Below, piece by piece: positions 57,679 to 64,000 of a stretch of 64,000 nt of DNA. The stretch comes from Desulfomonilia bacterium (GTDB taxonomy: Bacteria; Desulfobacterota; Desulfomonilia; UBA1062), in assembly GCA_049975365.1 (NCBI GenBank), contig JBNGDS010000002.1, positions 5,461-69,460 on the forward strand. The letters run 5' to 3'. A model generated the notes under the pieces. That model was not told the DNA's origin. It saw nothing but the letters and a program-made list of their open reading frames with translations, and ran no database searches. The translations under genes and the position numbers were made by a program. Within the stretch, counting starts at the first letter, position 1; the number at the start of each line of letters is the position of its first letter.

Positions 57679-58178
57679 AAAAGATTTCCGTACTGGTTCT
57701 TGACGTCGATGGCGTGCTCACTGATTCCAGAGTCTACTACACGGACCAGGGATCCGAGATCAAGGCCTTCAACATCAAGGACGGCCACGGGCTGAAGCTT
57801 CTCATGAGGGCAGGGATCGAGGTGGCGCTCATTACCGGGAGAACATCCGAGGCGCTGCGTCACCGTGCAGCAGATCTCGGTATCCGCCATGTCACGCAGG
57901 GGGCCAAAGACAAGCGTGCTGCCCTTCAGGAACTCTCCCGGACCCTGGGAGTGGCCACGACCGACATGGCCTACATGGGCGATGATGTTGTGGATCTCCC
58001 TGCCATAGCACTGTGCGGAATGAGCTTTGCACCCTCAGATGCTGTGGAAATGGTCAAAGAAAGGGTTGATGTCGTCACCTCGTTGCGGGGAGGCCACGGG
58101 GCAGTGAGAGAGGTCGTGGAATTCATCCTGAAGGAGCTCAATCTCTTCGACTCGGTGATGGAGCGATATGTGGTATAA
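57675..58178 (+). CDS. kdsC: KDO 8-phosphate phosphatase (HAD superfamily)
   Basis: VLVLDVDGVLTD...IKDGHGLK...GDDVVDL. Confidence 0.85.
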   Translation: MKKISVLVLDVDGVLTDSRVYYTDQGSEIKAFNIKDGHGLKLLMRAGIEVALITGRTSEALRHRAADLGIRHVTQGAKDKRAALQELSRTLGVATTDMAYMGDDVVDLPAIALCGMSFAPSDAVEMVKERVDVVTSLRGGHGAVREVVEFILKELNLFDSVMERYVV

Positions 58179-58692
58179 GTGGCTCACCATCCCGGCGGCA
58201 ATCGCGGCTCTCTTTGTGCTGTTTTCAGGCCCGGAGAAAACCACGACCACGGCGGACCAGGCCCCGGTACTCCGTCGCGCATCAAATGTTGTGCTGTTCG
58301 AGCATGCCGATGATGGATCTCGCTCCATTTCCATTTCCGCCCGGGAGGTGATGGAAAAGAGCGACAAAACTGCGTACCTGGCAGATTTTGACATCTCGAG
58401 TTCAACCGGTCTCCGTATCAGGGGCACGCACGCCCGGTACAATTTCGAGCGTTCTCTTCTCGAGGTCGAGGGATTGGTGTCCGTTGAGACCACCGACGGA
58501 GTGGAGGGAACACTCAACGGCCTGAGCTGGGATCGTGAAGCGAATATCGCCTCTACGGACAACCCCCTCAGGCTCACAGGTCCCCAGGGGATCATACAAG
58601 CGAACAGGGCCACGTTTCAAGACGATTTTACCCTGATTCAGTTCAGCGGCGGAGTACATGCAAAGATATCTCCTGATATGCTTCGTTCTTAG
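58168..58692 (+). CDS. lptC: LPS export system protein LptC
   Basis: 174 aa. N-terminal TM anchor plus beta-jellyroll. Position between kdsC and lptA is canonical. Confidence 0.65.
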   Translation: MWYKWLTIPAAIAALFVLFSGPEKTTTTADQAPVLRRASNVVLFEHADDGSRSISISAREVMEKSDKTAYLADFDISSSTGLRIRGTHARYNFERSLLEVEGLVSVETTDGVEGTLNGLSWDREANIASTDNPLRLTGPQGIIQANRATFQDDFTLIQFSGGVHAKISPDMLRS

Positions 58693-59164
58693 TCTCATCC
58701 TACCTGGTGTGCTCTCCGCACAGGATCTCACGGGTGCGGCGGCACAGGCCGACATGATCGAGATAGAGGCTGACAGGCTGGACGTGAATACTCAAACAGG
58801 TGAAGCGCTTTTCCAGGGGAATGTGAAAGCGCACAAGGATACCATCAGCCTCACGAGCTCCACCCTCTCCGTTACCTACAACCGGACAACGAACAAGGTC
58901 AGCAGACTCATTGCCCGGGGAGAGGTGACTATCCTGTGGGAGGACAAGGAGGCTTTCTGCCAGGAGGTCGTTTATGATCTCGATTCCCAGACCATGGAGC
59001 TCTCGGGGGATGTGCTCATAACAAGGGGTCAGGAGAAGCTCTCCGGCCAGAAGGTTACGATAGATATGGCCTCCGACACGCAGACCGTGGAAGGACAGGG
59101 AGGGAGGGTGAAGATCCTGGTCAACACGGATCAGGAATCAGGGATTCTACAATGGGAGAATTGA
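58658..59164 (+). CDS. lptA: LPS transport periplasmic protein LptA (OstA-like)
   Basis: Signal peptide, IEIEADRLDVNTQTGEALFQGNVK... Confidence 0.7.
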   Translation: MQRYLLICFVLSLILPGVLSAQDLTGAAAQADMIEIEADRLDVNTQTGEALFQGNVKAHKDTISLTSSTLSVTYNRTTNKVSRLIARGEVTILWEDKEAFCQEVVYDLDSQTMELSGDVLITRGQEKLSGQKVTIDMASDTQTVEGQGGRVKILVNTDQESGILQWEN

Positions 59165-59883
59165 TTCTGACTGCTGTCAGCCTCGAAAAGAGCTTCGGAT
59201 CATCCCACGTCATCAAGGGACTCGATATCATGTGCAGCCAGGGCGAGATCGTCGGCCTGCTGGGGCCGAACGGGGCTGGGAAGACCACGACCTTCTACAT
59301 GATCGTCGGCCTCATCCGACCGGATAGGGGAACCGTCTTTCTGGGCAAAGAGGAGATCACTCACCTCGATCTCGCGGGCAGGGCATTGCGGGGAATCGGG
59401 TACCTTCCCCAGGAACCATCGGTGTTCAGGGGTTTGAGTGTTGAAGAGAACATCACCGTTCCACTGGAGGCAAAGGGGCTCACCGGTCAGGCCCTTGAAC
59501 AGGAACTCGACGAAATCATTGCTGGGTTCGGCCTCGAGCAGGTGAGAACACACAAAGGGATCTCCCTGTCGGGCGGCGAAAGGCGGCGGGTTGAAATCGC
59601 ACGTGCGATGGCTCTGAGCCCCCTGTATCTTCTCCTGGACGAGCCGTTCGCAGGAATCGATCCCATTACGGTAAAGGATATACAGGATATGATCGTGAAC
59701 TTGAAAAAAAAGGGAATTGGTGTCATTATTACCGATCATAATGTAAAGGAAACTCTGAAAATTTGCGATCGTGCATACATCATCCACCAGGGCGTGGTGA
59801 TAGAAGAAGGGATACCGGAAAAGGTAGTGGCAAACGAACAGGTAAAGAAGATATACGTAGGCAAGGATTTTTCTCTCCAGTAA
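59152..59883 (+). CDS. lptB: LPS export ABC transporter ATP-binding protein LptB
   Basis: GPNGAGKTTT, LSGGERRRVEIARA, LLLDEPFAGIDP. Confidence 0.9.
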   Translation: MGELILTAVSLEKSFGSSHVIKGLDIMCSQGEIVGLLGPNGAGKTTTFYMIVGLIRPDRGTVFLGKEEITHLDLAGRALRGIGYLPQEPSVFRGLSVEENITVPLEAKGLTGQALEQELDEIIAGFGLEQVRTHKGISLSGGERRRVEIARAMALSPLYLLLDEPFAGIDPITVKDIQDMIVNLKKKGIGVIITDHNVKETLKICDRAYIIHQGVVIEEGIPEKVVANEQVKKIYVGKDFSLQ

Positions 59884-59895
59884 GGGAAGGGGGAT

Positions 59896-61275
59896 ATGGC
59901 ACTCGAGCTCAAACAGCATCTTAAGCTTTCCCAGCAGCTCATCATGACACCGCAGCTCCAGCAGGCCATCAAGCTCCTGCAGCTGTCCAGGCTTGAGCTC
60001 AAGGAATACATCTCCAATGAGCTGGAATCAAATCCCCTCCTGGAGGTTGATGCAACGGCCATCCGGGAAAAACCCCAGGGTGAGGAGGTTGACAGGGACC
60101 AGCTCAGGGTGAAATGGGAGACCTATCTCGAAACCTACGGCCAGGACAACACCCCCTACTACGAGGATGATGAGCGACCATCCCTCGAGTCCACGACCTG
60201 CAGAGAGGAGGGCCTCCTGGACTATCTCCTGTGGCAGGTACGCATGAACAACTTCAGCGACCGGGAACGCAGGGTGGGGATATTTATCATCGGCAACCTG
60301 GATCACAACGGATACCTCTCCATGGATCTCGATTCCGTAAGCGAGGCAACTGGTGAGGAGAAGACCCTGGTGGAATCAACTCTGACAAAAATTCAACGCT
60401 TCGATCCACCGGGCATAGCTGCACGTAACCTCAAGGACTGTCTCCGCATCCAGGCACGCACCCTCGGATTAGAAGACACGCTGGTATGGAGAATCATCGA
60501 TTCCCACTTGGAGGATCTCCAGACAAAAAACTATGACAAGATCGCCCAGGAACTCGATGCCCCAGTGGAAGAGATCGCCCAGGCTGCACAGATTATCGTG
60601 AATATGGAGCCTCGGCCCGCACGGGACTATTCCGATGAACCTCCCCAGTACGTGGTGCCGGATATCTACGTGGTCAAGTTCGAGGGTGAGTACGTGGTTG
60701 TTCTCAACGAAGAAGATCTCCCCATTCTGACCCTGAACAAACAGTACCAGACCATGATGAGATCGAATGACACCGGGAAGATGGCTCGGGAATATCTTAC
60801 TGATTGCCTGAAATCAGCCCAGTGGCTTATGAAAAGTGTTCAGCAGAGGCAGAACACCCTGTGCAAAGTAACCGAGAGCATTGTGAAGTTTCAACGTGAA
60901 TTCCTCGATACTGGGATCACTCACCTGAAGCCTCTCGTTCTGAGGGATGTTGCAGACGACGTTGGAATGCATGAATCAACCATAAGCAGGGTCACATCGA
61001 ACAAGTATGTGCATACCCCCCAGGGCACGTTCGAGCTCAAGTACTTCTTCAACAGCGGTATCTCGAAAAGTGATGGGAGCTTCGTGGCCTCGCAGAGTGT
61101 GAAGAACGAAATCGAGAACATCATCAAGGCAGAAGATTCGAAACATCCGCTTTCGGATCAAGCCATTGCACAAAAACTTAAGGTGAAAGGGGTGAAAATA
61201 GCCAGACGAACTGTGGCTAAGTACAGGGAAATACTTGGTATTCTTCCGTCAAACCGGAGGAAGAAACACTACTGA
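59896..61275 (+). CDS. rpoN: RNA polymerase sigma-54 factor
   Basis: MALELKQHLKLSQQLIMTPQLQQAIKLLQLSRLEL (region I), core-binding region, and C-terminal RpoN box (ARRTVAKYRE). Confidence 0.9.
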   Translation: MALELKQHLKLSQQLIMTPQLQQAIKLLQLSRLELKEYISNELESNPLLEVDATAIREKPQGEEVDRDQLRVKWETYLETYGQDNTPYYEDDERPSLESTTCREEGLLDYLLWQVRMNNFSDRERRVGIFIIGNLDHNGYLSMDLDSVSEATGEEKTLVESTLTKIQRFDPPGIAARNLKDCLRIQARTLGLEDTLVWRIIDSHLEDLQTKNYDKIAQELDAPVEEIAQAAQIIVNMEPRPARDYSDEPPQYVVPDIYVVKFEGEYVVVLNEEDLPILTLNKQYQTMMRSNDTGKMAREYLTDCLKSAQWLMKSVQQRQNTLCKVTESIVKFQREFLDTGITHLKPLVLRDVADDVGMHESTISRVTSNKYVHTPQGTFELKYFFNSGISKSDGSFVASQSVKNEIENIIKAEDSKHPLSDQAIAQKLKVKGVKIARRTVAKYREILGILPSNRRKKHY

Positions 61276-61308
61276 GGCTGATACCTGGATCCCAGGAGAG
61301 GAGGATGT

Positions 61309-61830
61309 ATGCAGATAGACATTACCTTCAAAAATCTGGATTCTTCCGATGCACTGAAAGATTATGCAACGAAACGGTTGTCGAAGATTGATAAATATAT
61401 AGACAGAATCGCTGAGGCACATGTCGTTTTTTCCGTAGAAAAAAGGCGTCACAAGGCAGATGTGACCCTGAACGCCGATGGAACAGTCATCAATGCCGTC
61501 GAGATCACGGAGGACATGTACGCAGCTATCGATATGGTAATGGATAAAATCGAACGGCAGGTGAAGAAACACAAACAGAAGCTCCAGGGAAAGAAGAGCC
61601 AGGCAAAATCTTTTCCCGGGGCAGTCGCCTCCTCGCCGAAAAAGACCAAACCGAGGATCGTCCACGAAAAGGGATACTTTGTCAAACCCATGAGCGTTGA
61701 GGAGGCTGTCCTCCAGATTGATATCGTGAAGAAAGATTTCATCATTTTTCAGAACACAGAATCGAATCAGATCAACCTCATTTACAAGAGACAGGACGGG
61801 GATCTTGGACTGGTAGAGCCTGTAATATGA
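61309..61830 (+). CDS. hpf: Ribosome hibernation promoting factor (long HPF)
   Basis: MQIDITFKNLDSSDALKDYATKRLSKIDKY... Confidence 0.85.
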   Translation: MQIDITFKNLDSSDALKDYATKRLSKIDKYIDRIAEAHVVFSVEKRRHKADVTLNADGTVINAVEITEDMYAAIDMVMDKIERQVKKHKQKLQGKKSQAKSFPGAVASSPKKTKPRIVHEKGYFVKPMSVEEAVLQIDIVKKDFIIFQNTESNQINLIYKRQDGDLGLVEPVI

Positions 61831-62291
61831 AGATTTCCGACATCCTAAAGCCCGAATGCGTCATACCGAGCCTTGAGGCGATAACGAAGAAGGACATCCT
61901 CACCGAACTCTCCCGTCCGATCGCCCAGCAGTACAATCTGGACCTGGAAGAGATGGTGACGGTCTTGCTGAACAGAGAAAAACTCGGGTCAACGGGTATC
62001 GGTGAAGGAATAGCCATACCCCATGGAAAGATAACCGGCCTGAAAACCATCGCCGCCGCTGTGGGGATAAATACCGAAGGGCTCAAGTTCGATGCTCTTG
62101 ATGGACAGCCCTGTCACATATTCTTTCTGCTCGTGGCGCCGAGCAATTCCGTGAGCGGTCATCTCAAGGCCCTGGCCAGGGCCTCCATGCTCCTGAAAAA
62201 TCCCTCCCTGAGGCACGATCTCATGGATACGAAATCCTCTCAGGAGCTCTATCAGGTTATCCAGGACTACGATTCCCGCCTCGATGAATGA
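61827..62291 (+). CDS. ptsN: PTS IIA-Ntr nitrogen regulatory protein
   Basis: PTS_EIIA_2 fold with active-site His context (GIAIPHGK). Confidence 0.85.
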   Translation: MKISDILKPECVIPSLEAITKKDILTELSRPIAQQYNLDLEEMVTVLLNREKLGSTGIGEGIAIPHGKITGLKTIAAAVGINTEGLKFDALDGQPCHIFFLLVAPSNSVSGHLKALARASMLLKNPSLRHDLMDTKSSQELYQVIQDYDSRLDE

Positions 62292-62296
62292 GAATC

Positions 62297-62333
62297 CCCG
62301 CCGGGGGTGAGTCTCCTGTCTCACTCCCGGCAG
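62297..62333 (+). terminator. Candidate terminator hairpin after ptsN
   Basis: CCGGGGGTGAG-tctcctgtc-CTCACTCCCGG imperfect 11-bp stem. No clear U-tract. Confidence 0.3.
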
Positions 62334-62454
62334 GATGCTTCATGTCTGTATGTTCTCCCCCCACGAACGGGCTGAGCAGCTCACGAGAAGTTCCCTTTTT
62401 CGCAGGGAAAACCGATCACACCCTTCCCCTGCTGCAGAGAGCACGGGTGCATTC

Positions 62455-63459
62455 CTACTCCTCGTCTTCCTCATAGGTCTTGGTATAGAGGTATCGGTTG
62501 TAGACGCTGGAGAAGGCCGAGAATGTCTCCTCCTCGGGCGTGGCGTCAATGATGGACGTGAACCCGATCAGTTTGGCATCGAGGTCGTCGAGCATGTGGA
62601 GAACCATCGCCTCCCTGGTCATGGGGAGCTTCGGAGATCCGAATTCCAACTGACCGTGATGTCCAAGTATCATGTGCAGCAGCTGAAGCTTGAGCTCTTC
62701 TGGGAAGTCGGGGATGGATGATATCTCTGTATCGGTTATGTGCGCAGAAAGATAGATATGGCCGAGGAGTCTCCCCACCGGGGTCATATCGATGAAGCGG
62801 GAATAGGAATACTCGTAGATTTTCCCGATATCGTGGAGCAGGGCCCCGGCTATCAGCAAATCCCTGTTGAGCCCGACCTGGGCATACACGGGGCAGAGGG
62901 CGTCGATGGCCTTCAGGATCTGAAGGGAGTGTTCGAGAAGTCCCCCGACATAGTTGTGGTGGATGCCCTTTGCCGCAGGCGCCTTCTTGAATTCTTCCCG
63001 GACTCCCTCCCTGGAGAAGACATTCTCCAAAAGTCTTTTCAGGGAAGGGTTTCGGATCGTCCCCAGTGTGGCCTCCACCTCCTGCATCATCCCGTCGATG
63101 TCTTTCCCGGATGTCGGGATCAGGCTCGACATGTCAACATCATTGTCCGAAAGCCGGATCATCCTCTCGATACGAAGCTGCAGCCTGTTGTCGTAGGACT
63201 CTGCACTCGCCTTCACCCCCACGACATCGCCAGGTTCTATGCCCGAGATCTGCTGCTGCGCATCTTCCCACATGATTCCGGGGATGTCACCGGTCTTGTC
63301 CGTGAGAAGAAGCTTGGCATACGACTTGCCGTTCCGCGCCGTCAGGAGTCTCCTTTCAGAGACCAGAAATACAGCCTTGATCCTGTCCCCGTCACCGATC
63401 TCGCTGACGAGTCGTCCCTTCGATATCATAGGTCCTCCGTGAAGCATGTTGTACCACAC
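62455..63459 (-). CDS. YhaM-like 3'-5' exoribonuclease (OB-fold + HD domain)
   Basis: N-terminal OB fold (KSYAKLLLTDKTGDIPGIMW), HD domain (HDIGKIYEY...H..D). Confidence 0.65.
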   Translation of the reverse strand: MWYNMLHGGPMISKGRLVSEIGDGDRIKAVFLVSERRLLTARNGKSYAKLLLTDKTGDIPGIMWEDAQQQISGIEPGDVVGVKASAESYDNRLQLRIERMIRLSDNDVDMSSLIPTSGKDIDGMMQEVEATLGTIRNPSLKRLLENVFSREGVREEFKKAPAAKGIHHNYVGGLLEHSLQILKAIDALCPVYAQVGLNRDLLIAGALLHDIGKIYEYSYSRFIDMTPVGRLLGHIYLSAHITDTEISSIPDFPEELKLQLLHMILGHHGQLEFGSPKLPMTREAMVLHMLDDLDAKLIGFTSIIDATPEEETFSAFSSVYNRYLYTKTYEEDEE

Positions 63460-63487
63460 CCCGAGGGGGTGCGCAGTGGAAAAAGGA

Positions 63488-64000
63488 TCAGAGGATATAC
63501 CGGCTGAGATCTTCCTGGTGCATGATGGGTTCGAGTCTATCCTTCACGTATTGCTCATTGATGAGGATCTCGCCGGAGAGATCCGACGATTCGTACGAAA
63601 CCTCTTCAAGAAGCTTCTCCATCACGGTATGAAGCCTTCGTGCCCCAATATTCTCGGTCTGCTCGTTGATAAACTGGGCGATACGGGCGATCTCGGATAT
63701 GGCACCATCCGTTATCTTCAGATGTATTCCCTCAGTCTCCATGAGAGCCTGGTACTGTTTGATCAAGGCGTTTTTGGGTTCAGTCAGGATCCGGATGAAG
63801 TCCTCCTGTGACAGGGGATTCAATTCCTCGCGTATGGGAAACCTGCCCTGGAGTTCCGGGATGAGGTCCGAGGGCTTGCTCACGTGAAAGGCACCCGAAC
63901 CGATGAACAGGATGTGGTCTGTGTTGACAGGTCCATACTTGGTGTTCACGGTGGTTCCCTCGACAATGGGGAGGAGATCCCTCTGGACGCCCTCGCGTGA
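63488..64000 (-). CDS. hslU: ATP-dependent protease ATPase subunit HslU (C-terminal portion; gene continues beyond window end)
   Basis: [32 protein letters not shown]...[18 protein letters not shown] matches the HslU C-terminal sensor-2 region. ORF is open to the window edge. Confidence 0.8.
   Translation of the reverse strand, partial: SREGVQRDLLPIVEGTTVNTKYGPVNTDHILFIGSGAFHVSKPSDLIPELQGRFPIREELNPLSQEDFIRILTEPKNALIKQYQALMETEGIHLKITDGAISEIARIAQFINEQTENIGARRLHTVMEKLLEEVSYESSDLSGEILINEQYVKDRLEPIMHQEDLSRYIL

Noticed and set aside
1-64000. Search for CRISPR arrays, IS elements/transposases, integrases, toxin-antitoxin pairs, restriction-modification genes and phage structural genes
   Set aside because: No regularly spaced direct repeats and no transposase/integrase/terminase/capsid-like ORFs were recognised. 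The region looks like core chromosome with a few accessory insertions rather than a mobile element or defence island.

Overview
This is a 64 kb, high-GC (about 60%), densely coding stretch of chromosome. The gene content points to a Deltaproteobacteria-like organism (sigma-54-rich; flagellar flhBAFG-fliA cluster; PEP-CTERM regulators), but that taxonomic call is an inference. I found no CRISPR array, no IS element or transposase, and no prophage. Most genes are housekeeping, envelope or motility functions. Confident calls are priA, serS with two downstream tRNA-Ser genes, hflX, the ftsE-ftsX-envC-ctpA-yibQ envelope operon, flhB-flhA-flhF-flhG-fliA-cheY, cheR, rmuC, radC, lpxC, tatA-tatC, greA, rplY, rtcB-archease, rdgB-rph, ssb, kdsA-kdsC-lptC-lptA-lptB-rpoN-hpf-ptsN, a partial hslU at the window end, and a B12/iron-type ABC importer. 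The accessory-looking content is in four places. (1) The PEP-CTERM/exosortase-type two-component regulators PrsK and PrsR sit divergent from a secreted-protein gene that has a near-consensus sigma-54 promoter and an upstream palindrome. (2) Adjacent to this is a four-gene minus-strand operon: HEAT-repeat protein, MerR-like-HTH::ParA fusion ATPase, and two coiled-coil proteins with a basic N-terminal tail. I read this as a candidate uncharacterised ParA-type positioning module and the most likely novel system in the window. (3) A lone NusG paralog sits between the envelope operon and hflX. (4) Two convergent GT-C/PMT-like membrane proteins (one TPR-tailed, TMTC-like), a TIGR03960-like radical SAM enzyme beside radC and rmuC, and an FdhE-like zinc-ribbon protein next to tatAC without formate dehydrogenase genes. 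All calls come from reading the translated ORFs and the raw sequence; no database searches were run.
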